Source: Terriglobia bacterium (GTDB lineage: Bacteria; Acidobacteriota; Terriglobia; Bryobacterales; Bryobacteraceae). Taken from it: a DNA stretch of 64,000 nt. The notes beneath the pieces were generated by a model that did not search any database, was not told the origin of the DNA, and was given only the letters and a program-made list of their open reading frames with translations. Each line of letters begins with the position of its first letter. Position 1 is the first letter of the stretch. Both the position numbers and the translations under genes were made by a program. The DNA lies in assembly GCA_963747535.1 (NCBI GenBank), contig CAVVFX010000006.1, positions 240,681 through 304,680 of the forward strand, in the 5' to 3' direction. Below, piece by piece: positions 30,111-38,589 of the stretch.

Positions 30111-30806
30111 TTACCTGCTGTCCCGGCGGTGGAAGACGTGGCGAGTCATGTCGGGAAGAAACTCACGCAGGACGTTCAGGCCGGCGTTGCCTGCCATGCC
30201 GATCCCAAAGCTGACCGCTCCGTCGCCGGCCGAACTGTTGGTGGACGGCTGCCAAAGCCGTGAGATAAAGGCAGAACCGGCAAGGCTGCCGACTTCGGAA
30301 ATGGAAATGTGCTGTCTTCCGTCATCGCTCCGCGCCATGACGCTGCTTTTCAGCGCGTAACCTATCCGGTGTCCGAATCCATGTTCTCCCGATGCGAAAT
30401 AACGGTTGTCCTCGTGCAACAGGTCTTCGCCACCGAGACGTAGCGTCCGCTGAATGGCCTGCTTGGCAAAATAGTTTGCGAACCGGTCGCCATAACCTTC
30501 CCCACCCTGACCCCAGGCACGCGGAACATTCTCCGCCTGCGCAATTCCCGCCGAAGCTGCGGCGGTGACTAACATAACCGGGCTAAACAACCCCTTGGCA
30601 TAGAACTTCGCTTTTTCCCCGGGCGCAAGCGGTCTGAAATCCGCTCGCTTCCGGCCGGACATGTTCAGGAAGTAAAAAAGTGACGATTCGGTCCGGCTGG
30701 TCGATGGTGCGAAACCTTGCGATGCGACGCTTGTGTCCGTTTGAGCAAACAGCAGGCTTCCTAAAGCCGACACCACGACCAGCCCAGCTACTCGATTCAC
30801 AACCAT
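30111..30806 (-). CDS. Hypothetical secreted protein.
   Basis: Signal peptide MVVNRVAGLVVVSALGSLLFAQT. The sequence is Gly/Ala-rich with no domain I recognise. Confidence 0.5.
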   Translation of the reverse strand: MVVNRVAGLVVVSALGSLLFAQTDTSVASQGFAPSTSRTESSLFYFLNMSGRKRADFRPLAPGEKAKFYAKGLFSPVMLVTAAASAGIAQAENVPRAWGQGGEGYGDRFANYFAKQAIQRTLRLGGEDLLHEDNRYFASGEHGFGHRIGYALKSSVMARSDDGRQHISISEVGSLAGSAFISRLWQPSTNSSAGDGAVSFGIGMAGNAGLNVLREFLPDMTRHVFHRRDSR

Positions 30807-31083
30807 TCTCAAAGACCGATTCAGTTGGCAACTCATTGGTGGTACCCATGCATATCCGCGGCCAAACGGCAACCAGGAGTGCGGCTGCTGGTACTGAAAA
30901 ACACGGCCGTCGGGCGAGGCTGTCAAATTAAAACGTATTCACTCGTTTGACAAATCCCACTTACTCGGGCATACTTAGAAACCGGAGTAACTAATGCAAC
31001 CAAACACCAAATTATGGGGTTCACAAAGCCTCACTGGTGCGGCCTCTCTGAGGTACCGCATGCCGGTGTTCGGTGGCTGCTCC

Positions 31084-31156
31084 AATCGTATAGCTCAGAG
31101 GGTAGAGCATCAGACTGAAAATCTGAGGGTCGCGGATTCGAATTCCGCTACGAACC
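31084..31156 (+). tRNA. tRNA-Phe (anticodon GAA) with an anomalous 5' acceptor strand.
   Basis: Canonical D arm (TAGCTCAGAGGGTAGAGC), anticodon arm (TCAGA-CTGAAAA-TCTGA) and T arm (GCGGA-TTCGAAT-TCCGC). The 3' acceptor strand is TACGAAC, but the 5' strand as read is AATCGTA, so the two terminal pairs are mismatched. GTTCG lies 16 nt upstream at 31068..31072. Confidence 0.6.
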
Positions 31157-31435
31157 ATGGTCTTGGCCTGACCACCAACCACTAACCACCCCGGCAAACC
31201 AAGCTTCGTTCCAGCTTGTACAGCTGTATCGTACAGGCAGCGCAGACCGTGCTCTGCGTGGCGATGGAAACTGCCCAGCCGACGTTATCATTTCGCGGCG
31301 CGCCAGCCGTACCGGTGTGCCGCAAAGCGATAACTGAAGCCGGGCTACTGATCGCTGCCCGTACGTTTCTCCGCGGGACGGAGCCTGGTGGCCGGATAAC
31401 TTATAACTTACTCGGAGAAGGAGGTACTTACTAAC

Positions 31436-32566
31436 ATGTTGTCTTTCATTAAGCTTATTGAAGTTGGGGATCGCGAGCGCGCATTACTTATTGACTCGGG
31501 ACGTTTTGTGCGGGTCCTCGAGCCGGGCCGGCATATCGTCCCCTCGTTCGGGCGCAATATCGAAGCCGTGATCTGCTCCCTTGCCGATCCGGCATTTCGC
31601 ACCGACTGGGCCGACGTCCTGGTCCGCGAGCGTGCGGACGTGGTCCAGCGCTACTTCACCGTCGTGGAAACCAGTGACACTGAAGTAGCCATCGTGTACG
31701 CCAACGGAAAGACGCTGCGAGTCGTTCCTCCGGGGAAGCGCGTGCTGTTCTGGAAGGAGCCGCTGGAGATCCGCGCCGAGAAGTTCAATGCCTACGAAGC
31801 GCCGGAGATCCCCTATGCGAAGCTGGCGGGGTTGTACCGTCTGGGACGCGAATCGCTGTCCACGTGGATTGTGGTGGAGGAGGCCAAGACGGGGCTGCTG
31901 TTCTTCGACAACCGCCTGGTTCGCCAGCTTACCCCCGGAACGTACGCGTTCTGGAGCGTAGTGGGAGGCATCCGCGTGGAGCAGGTGGATCTTCGCACAC
32001 AGCCGCTGGAAATCGCCGGTCAGGAGATTCTGACGAAGGATAAGGTTTCCATCCGCGTGAATATTTCGGCGCAGTTCCGGGTACTCGACGCGGTGAAGGC
32101 CAAGACTTCGGTTAAGGACTTCACCGAGCACCTGTACCGGGCGCTGCAGTTCGCTGTCCGGCAGTCCCTGGGACGCAAGACTCTCGACGAGATTCTGGCG
32201 GAGAAGGTGGATGTCGACGCCGCAGTGGCGGATGCGGTGCGCAGCGCGATGGCGGCCATCGGGTTGGAAGTGGGGACGATCGCTCTGAAGGACATAGTTC
32301 TTCCGGGCGAGATGCGCGACATTCTCAACCAGGTGGTAGCGGCCGAGAAGCAGGCTCAGGCCAACCTGATCCGCCGCCGTGAAGAGACTGCTGCTACGCG
32401 GTCGCTGCTCAACACGGCGCGGCTGATGGAAGAGAATCCGCTGCTGGTCCGGCTGAAGGAACTCGAGACTCTGGAGAAGCTCTCCGAGAAGGTGGAGCGG
32501 ATCTCGGTTTCGGGAGGCTTCGACGGGCTGCTTAACAACCTGCTGGTTTCGGTGGCGGACAAGTAG
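31436..32566 (+). CDS. SPFH/Band-7 (stomatin/slipin-like) domain protein.
   Basis: 376 aa with a central SPFH core, a coiled-coil AEKQAQAN segment and the C-terminal part of the SPFH family. Confidence 0.75.
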   Translation: MLSFIKLIEVGDRERALLIDSGRFVRVLEPGRHIVPSFGRNIEAVICSLADPAFRTDWADVLVRERADVVQRYFTVVETSDTEVAIVYANGKTLRVVPPGKRVLFWKEPLEIRAEKFNAYEAPEIPYAKLAGLYRLGRESLSTWIVVEEAKTGLLFFDNRLVRQLTPGTYAFWSVVGGIRVEQVDLRTQPLEIAGQEILTKDKVSIRVNISAQFRVLDAVKAKTSVKDFTEHLYRALQFAVRQSLGRKTLDEILAEKVDVDAAVADAVRSAMAAIGLEVGTIALKDIVLPGEMRDILNQVVAAEKQAQANLIRRREETAATRSLLNTARLMEENPLLVRLKELETLEKLSEKVERISVSGGFDGLLNNLLVSVADK

Positions 32567-32727
32567 GTGCAAGGGTGGGGCAGGTCTTTCGGATCTGCCC
32601 CATCAGCCTGTGGCAGAAGTCTCTCCAGCGCGCGAGAGCAGGCGAAAACGCCTACTCCACAACGAAGAATCAAACTCTTTGCAAGCCTCGTGGAGTAGGC
32701 CTTTGGCCTGCGGCGGATGAGCGCTGT
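32567..32727. repeat. Family A repeat, copy 9 (variant lacking the GCAGACCA hairpin).
   Basis: CAGAAGTCTCTCCAGCGCGCGAGAGCAGGCGAAAACGCCTACTCCACAA ... GGAGTAGGCCTTTGGCCTGC. Confidence 0.7.
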
Positions 32728-33579
32728 TTACGAAAGACGCTCTACTACGTAGACGCCGATCAAGACTAATGCCGCAGCCGGCAGGAAGCCGGCGCCGGGC
32801 CTTTCACCTAGCATCAGGATCGCCATCAAGGAAGCCACCAGCGGTTGCAGATACAGGACCACCGATACGCGCGAGGCCGGAAGATGCCGCAGCGCGTGCG
32901 CGTAAATGAGATAGCCTCCCACCGACGAGCCCACCGCCATGTAGACGACGCCCATCCAGGTCAGCAGACTCGCGTGCGCGCCGCGGTTCATGGTCCACAA
33001 CGCCACGGGGAGCGCCAGCAGTCCGGCGGCCGCGTAGGTGATGGCGTTCATCCGCAGGCTGCCGACACGCTCCGCGATCGGTTTCCCCAGGAGGTTGAAG
33101 CCGGCGAAGAGGAGCACGGAAAGCAACATGATGGCGTCTCCCGTGCGCGTGGCTTCGCCACTCGAACCGCGGCTGAATTGCAGGACGACTACTCCGCAGG
33201 CCGCGGTTATCAAACCTGCCATGCGGAGCCGGGTGATTCGTTCGCGCCCCATTACGGCCGAGCCGAGCAGCACCAGTACCGGCGAGAGCGCTGTAATGAT
33301 GCCGGCATGCGCGACGCTGGTCTTACTGATGCCGATGACGAAGACTACCTGGTTTCCTACGAGACCCAGAAGGCCTACGGCTAACAGCGAGGGAAGGTTC
33401 TTCCGGAGACGGGAGGCGACCCTGGGGTCGCTTGCGGACGAAGGCGTCCGCCCCACGAAGACTATCGGCAGCATGCACGCCGCGGCGAACACGTAACGAA
33501 AGCCTAATATCAGCGATACCGGCAACTCGCGCAGCGCGAATTTGACGAAGATGAAATTGGCCGACCAGAGCAGGAGCAA
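32728..33579 (-). CDS. DMT-superfamily (EamA-like) transporter.
   Basis: 10-TM pattern with two EamA-like halves. Confidence 0.8.
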   Translation of the reverse strand: MLLLWSANFIFVKFALRELPVSLILGFRYVFAAACMLPIVFVGRTPSSASDPRVASRLRKNLPSLLAVGLLGLVGNQVVFVIGISKTSVAHAGIITALSPVLVLLGSAVMGRERITRLRMAGLITAACGVVVLQFSRGSSGEATRTGDAIMLLSVLLFAGFNLLGKPIAERVGSLRMNAITYAAAGLLALPVALWTMNRGAHASLLTWMGVVYMAVGSSVGGYLIYAHALRHLPASRVSVVLYLQPLVASLMAILMLGERPGAGFLPAAALVLIGVYVVERLS

Positions 33580-33620
33580 CAGCGCCAGCCAGCCGTAGAT
33601 CGCGGGTGCGGGAGCGGTCC

Positions 33621-34037
33621 TTATTCTTTCTCCATACGCAAGACCCGCACCGGTCCGAGAAGGCCGGAGGGCAGCAGCGGCGAGTTCGACTGGTAGAACT
33701 GTTGCGTCGTGTAAGTATACTTCACCGCGATTCCGGGCTGTTGATCGCCTATCAGGCGGTTGACCCAGAGGTTGGTGATCCTGACTTCCAGGTGGTTCGC
33801 GCCGGACTTCAACGCGCCCGTCATGTCGACCCGGAACGGCGGCTTCCAGGCGATGCCCAATGGCTTCCCGTTGACCGACACCTCGGCGAGGTTTTTCACG
33901 TTGCCCAGATCGAGCCAGAGATGTGCGCCGGTCTTGAACCAGTCCGCCGGCGCCTCAACGGTGGTCGTATAGGTGGCTGTGCCGGAAAAGTATTTCACGC
34001 CTGCATCGGCGCTCTCGCTCCACGACGCCAACTTCAT
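33621..34037 (-). pseudogene. Stand-alone C-terminal fragment of a glycoside-hydrolase-associated beta-sandwich domain (gene remnant).
   Basis: 138 aa matching only the extreme C-terminal domain found in large glycoside hydrolases (GANHLEVRITNLWVNRLIGD). No catalytic domain lies upstream. Confidence 0.5.
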
Positions 34038-34125
34038 TGGTGATCCCTCCCGATGGCTGAAGCTTTCCTGAACGGGAAGGCAGATGGGGCGCGACGGCCT
34101 GAAGAACCATTCTACAGCGGACGAA

Positions 34126-34392
34126 TTACGAAACCGCGACGATTGTCATCGCGAGGCCGATGAGGACAACGCCGGCGATTCGCAGGCTGGCTCTCTGCGC
34201 AGGTGAGGGGTCGAGATCGAGCCCGTGGCGGGATCGCAGTTTCCACGGGGCTCTCGCTTGCAGGTTTCGCTCGAAATTGCGAATGCCGATTACCGCAGTT
34301 TGCCGTAGGTTGGAGATACCGCCGGGATCGACTACCAGCTTCGCCCCGAGGAGCAGAAGCATGGCGACATACATGCAGTTGCCGGGCCTCAT
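34126..34392 (-). CDS. Hypothetical small membrane protein.
   Basis: 88 aa with two hydrophobic segments. Weak evidence. Confidence 0.3.
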   Translation of the reverse strand: MRPGNCMYVAMLLLLGAKLVVDPGGISNLRQTAVIGIRNFERNLQARAPWKLRSRHGLDLDPSPAQRASLRIAGVVLIGLAMTIVAVS

Positions 34393-34434
34393 GTTCCTGA
34401 TGCTAACACGGGGACGAGGCGATAAAACGGACCG

Positions 34435-35271
34435 TTGAAACGCTTCGCTGTAAAATCAAAGCCGCGGCCCATGTTAGAAAATATCAACCTCAAAAAGAAA
34501 CTTCCACGCGAAGAATACAAGCGCATCCTGCCGACGCTGCAGGGCCGCCTGTACGATCTCGAGAAGGCCTGCTGGGACCAGGGCGTGCCTACGGTCATCC
34601 TCTTCGAAGGCTGGGACGCGGCGGGAAAAGGCACCACCATCTCGGCGCTGACACAGCGGCTCGATCCGCGCGGCTTCAAGCTACATCCCATCACCGCGCC
34701 GCGCACCTATGAGCTGCAGCGTCCGTGGCTCTGGCGCTTCTGGCTGAAGGTTCCCAACCGCGGCGAGATGGTCATCTTCGATCACAGCTGGTACGGCCGG
34801 GTGCTCGAAGAACGCGTCGAGAACACCGTGCCGGAGAAGGCCTGGCGGCAAGCCTACCGCGACATCGTGGACTTCGAGCGGATGCTGGCCGACGACGGAG
34901 CGACGATCCTGAAATTTTTCCTGCACATCAGCAAGAAGGAGCAGAAGGAGCGCTTCCTGGCGATTGAGAAAGACCCCCTGGAGGCGTGGCGCGTAACCCA
35001 GGAGGATTGGGCGCGGTATAAGAAATACGACGACTATCGGGTTGCGATCGAGGACATGCTGGAACTGACCGAGTCGGAATACGCGCCGTGGACGATCGTC
35101 GAGGCGACGTCGAAATGGTACGCGCGGCAGAAGGTGTTCGAGACGATTATCGCGGGGATAGAGATGCGCCTCGGCGCCAACGCGCCTCCTCGCAGCGAAA
35201 TGGCTACCATAGCGCTTAAAGATGCGGATTTGCGCGAGGCTATGGAGTCGTTGAGCGAAGGGGTCCAGTGA
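34435..35271 (+). CDS. ppk2: Polyphosphate kinase 2 (PPK2) family protein.
   Basis: Walker A FEGWDAAGKGTTI and the PPK2 lid FDHSWYGRVLEERVE. An alternative start is at 34471. Confidence 0.88.
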   Translation: MKRFAVKSKPRPMLENINLKKKLPREEYKRILPTLQGRLYDLEKACWDQGVPTVILFEGWDAAGKGTTISALTQRLDPRGFKLHPITAPRTYELQRPWLWRFWLKVPNRGEMVIFDHSWYGRVLEERVENTVPEKAWRQAYRDIVDFERMLADDGATILKFFLHISKKEQKERFLAIEKDPLEAWRVTQEDWARYKKYDDYRVAIEDMLELTESEYAPWTIVEATSKWYARQKVFETIIAGIEMRLGANAPPRSEMATIALKDADLREAMESLSEGVQ

Positions 35272-35274
35272 TGG

Positions 35275-35521
35275 CCAGACTCAAGAGGGCGTTGGTGGGG
35301 CAGGCGGTTTCGCCTGCCTCGGCCGCTAGCGGCCGAATTTTGCAAGTGCCTCTAAAGTCTGTCATGCAGCGCGCCCTCGCTGCAAACCGTAGGGTAGACC
35401 ATCGCTTTCTGTGGTCTGCCCCGGCTGAGCAGCAGCCGCCTCGGTACCCGCCAAATCGTCGCGGCGCGCAAAGAAACAAAGATCGGAAGTCCGTGCTACG
35501 AGCGAACAAAGGAGTCCGGTA
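35275..35521. repeat. Family A repeat, copy 10, between the tandem PPK2 genes.
   Basis: GTAGACCATCGCTTTCTGTGGTCTGCC, then GGCTGAGCAGCAGCC, then ATCGTCGCGGCGCGCAAAGAAA. Confidence 0.75.
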
Positions 35522-36280
35522 ATGCTGGAGACGATCGATCTGAGTCTCGCGATGGACCGCCAGACCTACGTGCAGGAAGTCACCCGGCGGCAGATTCAAT
35601 TGCGCGAACTGGGCTACCAGGTTTATCTGCAGAAGCGTCCGGTGGTGATCGCGTTCGAAGGTTGGGACGCCGCGGGGAAGGGCGGCGCGATCAAACGCAT
35701 CACCGAGAAGCTCGACCCGCGCGGGTATGTCGTCTATCCCATCAGCGCTCCGCAAGGCGAGGATAAGACGCGCCACTATCTGTATCGTTTCTGGCGACGG
35801 CTGCCGGAGCGCGGACAGATCGCGATCTTCGACCGGTCCTGGTACGGCCGCGTGCTGGTGGAGCGGGTGGAGGGCTTCGCCAAAGCTGCCGAGTGGAAAC
35901 GCGGCTTCAAAGAGATCAACTCCTTTGAACGGCAGTTGCGCGATTACGGCGTGATCCTGGCGAAATACTGGGTCCACATTTCGCGCGAAGAACAGTTGCG
36001 CCGCTTCGAGGAGCGCAAAGCGATCGGCTACAAGGAGTGGAAACTCACCGACGAGGACTGGCGCAATCGCGAGAAGTGGGGCGCCTACGAGGAAGCCGTG
36101 GAGGAGATGCTGGTCAAGACCAGTACCCGGTCGTCGCCGTGGTGCCTGGTAGAGGGTAACGACAAATACTGGGCTCGTGCCAGGGTATTGGCCAGGCTGG
36201 TGGAGATTTTGTCGGCGGAGCTCGGCTATCAGCCGGCCGATCCGTTAAGGCGCGGGGGCAAACGCAAGAAAGACAGCTGA
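35522..36280 (+). CDS. ppk2: Polyphosphate kinase 2 (PPK2) family protein, second paralog.
   Basis: FEGWDAAGKGGAI and FDRSWYGRVLVERVE. Confidence 0.88.
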   Translation: MLETIDLSLAMDRQTYVQEVTRRQIQLRELGYQVYLQKRPVVIAFEGWDAAGKGGAIKRITEKLDPRGYVVYPISAPQGEDKTRHYLYRFWRRLPERGQIAIFDRSWYGRVLVERVEGFAKAAEWKRGFKEINSFERQLRDYGVILAKYWVHISREEQLRRFEERKAIGYKEWKLTDEDWRNREKWGAYEEAVEEMLVKTSTRSSPWCLVEGNDKYWARARVLARLVEILSAELGYQPADPLRRGGKRKKDS

Positions 36281-36379
36281 CAAACTAAAGAGGCGAGTTG
36301 AAAAAACCGATAATCTAACCGCTTCCTTATGGTCGCGGCTCCGTAACGTTTTTGTTGTCGGGCAAGCGGTTCTATCGAA

Positions 36380-38005
36380 TTACGGCTTGGTGTCGCCGAA
36401 GGTGATGGACGATTCGCCGGTGTACGCGTGGTAGTTCCGGAAGTCGATGGCGTTGCGCGAACAGTTATAGGTCCCGCGCTCGCAGCTCAGCACCTCGGCG
36501 TGCGTGGGCAGCAGAATCCTTTGATCCTTGATCGAGACGAAATCGTAGTCGGCCGCGCTCTCGGTGTGGTCGAGCATAAAGGCCTGGGGCATGTTGACGG
36601 CTTCCATCTCGATACGCAAGGCGCGGTAAGTCTCTTTGTCGATCCAGATGGTCCCTTTGTAGGCCGGCAGGATCCATTGCGTCCCGCCCTGAATGCGCCA
36701 GTGCGAATGATCCTTGTCGACGGCGAACGTATAGACTTTCGCGATGCGGTGATTGATGGTCTCCTGGCCTTTGGCCCGGAAGTCGGCAGCGGTCGTCGGG
36801 TGGAAGATATCGATCACCAGCGTACCGAACTCCCCGCTGGACCATGAACCCGAATTCTTGTCGTCGCCGGCCTTTACAGCCTTGCCGTTGATTTTCGGAT
36901 TACGGTAGTCTTCCCTGCCGTCCTCGTAAACCAGGTCATAGGAAAGCAGGTCCTGGGCGTGCCAGTCGGCATGTCGGGTTTCGCTCTCATAGCGCGTGAC
37001 CACTTCCTGGCAGACAAAGTTCGGCAGCTTCTGATCGAACTCGAAGGTGGCTTCGCGGGCTTTCTGGATGAAATCGTCGCCGGTGCCCGTGACATAGTGG
37101 ACCTGGGTGGGAGCATCCGGATCGATGTGGATCTCCGGCTCATCGTTTCTCGATGGCGGAGTCATCGACGGACTGGTTTTGGCCGATGCCATTTGGACCG
37201 GTTGGGAGTTCGAGTCGTTGCTCGAAGTGCGAGGCTGGGGAGCGCCGCGCCGAAGCACAGGACGATCCGGATCATCAGACGCAGTAGAAGTGGCGCCGCT
37301 CGGCGGCAGGATGGGATGCTCCTCGCCGGTCTCGTATTCGTCGTCCTTCTTGGTCGTAGTCTGGGGCGCGGTATTGGCTGCCGTCTTGGTGTTGGGCTTG
37401 GTGCTGTCGGCGCTCTTGGTGCTGTCGGCGGTCTTGGTATCCGAGGCCGTGGAGTCCGCCGGCTTGGAATCTATAGAGGAGCCGGCGCGATGCAGAACGG
37501 GCCGGTCGGGATCGCCGTCAGGCTTGGCCTCAGTCGTGCTGTGCACATCCGTGGCTTTATCCTGGTGAATTGTGTCGGCGTAGAAAAAGCCCTTGTCGTC
37601 GGTGTGGGCCGTAATGGAAACCTGGTCGCCTACTTTGAGATCGGCCGCGCTGAGTTTTCCGGATTCGCCGGTAATCTTGGTGTCGCTGCTGATCTTGAAC
37701 TCGATATTGCGGCCATCGTCGGAATCCAGCGTGAGGGTCGACTTCACGCCGTCCTGTTTGGTGACTTTGCCGGACAGACTGATCGCCGGCGTCTTGCTGT
37801 TATTGGTCTTCTTGCTGCGTCCCGGAAACGGAATCCCCATGCCGCCTCCGCCCGGGTACTGGCCCGGGGGATATTGGCCGGGCGGATATTGTCCTGGCGG
37901 ATACTGTCCTGGATATTGTCCCGGCGGGTACTGTCCGGGATATCCTACCTGCCCGTACAGGGAGAAGCCGGCAAGTAAAGCAATCGTCAATATGCGCGGT
38001 GACAT
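36380..38005 (-). CDS. Secreted protein with N-terminal GQYPP tandem repeats, Ser/Thr/Asp/Lys-rich linkers and a C-terminal globular domain.
   Basis: Signal peptide MSPRILTIALLAGFSLYG followed by (PGQYP)x7. The C-terminal ~250 aa are non-repetitive. Confidence 0.6.
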   Translation of the reverse strand: MSPRILTIALLAGFSLYGQVGYPGQYPPGQYPGQYPPGQYPPGQYPPGQYPGGGGMGIPFPGRSKKTNNSKTPAISLSGKVTKQDGVKSTLTLDSDDGRNIEFKISSDTKITGESGKLSAADLKVGDQVSITAHTDDKGFFYADTIHQDKATDVHSTTEAKPDGDPDRPVLHRAGSSIDSKPADSTASDTKTADSTKSADSTKPNTKTAANTAPQTTTKKDDEYETGEEHPILPPSGATSTASDDPDRPVLRRGAPQPRTSSNDSNSQPVQMASAKTSPSMTPPSRNDEPEIHIDPDAPTQVHYVTGTGDDFIQKAREATFEFDQKLPNFVCQEVVTRYESETRHADWHAQDLLSYDLVYEDGREDYRNPKINGKAVKAGDDKNSGSWSSGEFGTLVIDIFHPTTAADFRAKGQETINHRIAKVYTFAVDKDHSHWRIQGGTQWILPAYKGTIWIDKETYRALRIEMEAVNMPQAFMLDHTESAADYDFVSIKDQRILLPTHAEVLSCERGTYNCSRNAIDFRNYHAYTGESSITFGDTKP

Positions 38006-38093
38006 TGTTTTGCTACTTTGACGGTAGCGCAAATTTTTGGGTTACGGAACGGGGTAGGGGTCGTGTGGCCGGGAAAATGTCCATACTGGAGTC

Positions 38094-38525
38094 ATGGATG
38101 TACGGAGTTATCTGCCTGCCGACCGCGAAGCCTGCCTCAAAATCTTCGATTCCAACGCTCCGGATACCTTCGCTTCCGGCGCACGGGCGCAATTCGAGGA
38201 GTTTCTCGAGCAGGCGAGCTCCAGTTACCTCGTCATGGAGCATGATGGCGTCGTGGTCGGTTGCGGCGGCTACCAGGCAGACGCTGAGCCGGGGCTCGCC
38301 ACTCTTGTCTGGGGCATGGTTCGGCGGGATTCGCAGAAATTGGGGCTGGGACGATTCCTGCTCATGTACCGACTGCGTGAGATCGGCAAGGTTGGCGGCA
38401 TCGACAGGGTGATGCTTGAAACCCCAGATCGGTTTGCGGGATTCTTCGCAGGCCAGGGTTTTAGAACCGTAGGCACGGCGAACGGGCGTGTCGTAATGGT
38501 GAAGAAGTTAGCGGTGTGCGGTTAG
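38094..38525 (+). CDS. GNAT-family N-acetyltransferase.
   Basis: 143 aa with the acetyl-CoA motif RRDSQKLGLGRFLL. Confidence 0.8.
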   Translation: MDVRSYLPADREACLKIFDSNAPDTFASGARAQFEEFLEQASSSYLVMEHDGVVVGCGGYQADAEPGLATLVWGMVRRDSQKLGLGRFLLMYRLREIGKVGGIDRVMLETPDRFAGFFAGQGFRTVGTANGRVVMVKKLAVCG

Positions 38526-38589
38526 ATCAACTATCGGCCCGGCACGAAAGTATTTGAGAGTTTTTCCGCCGGCATCCCACTAACAGGTT

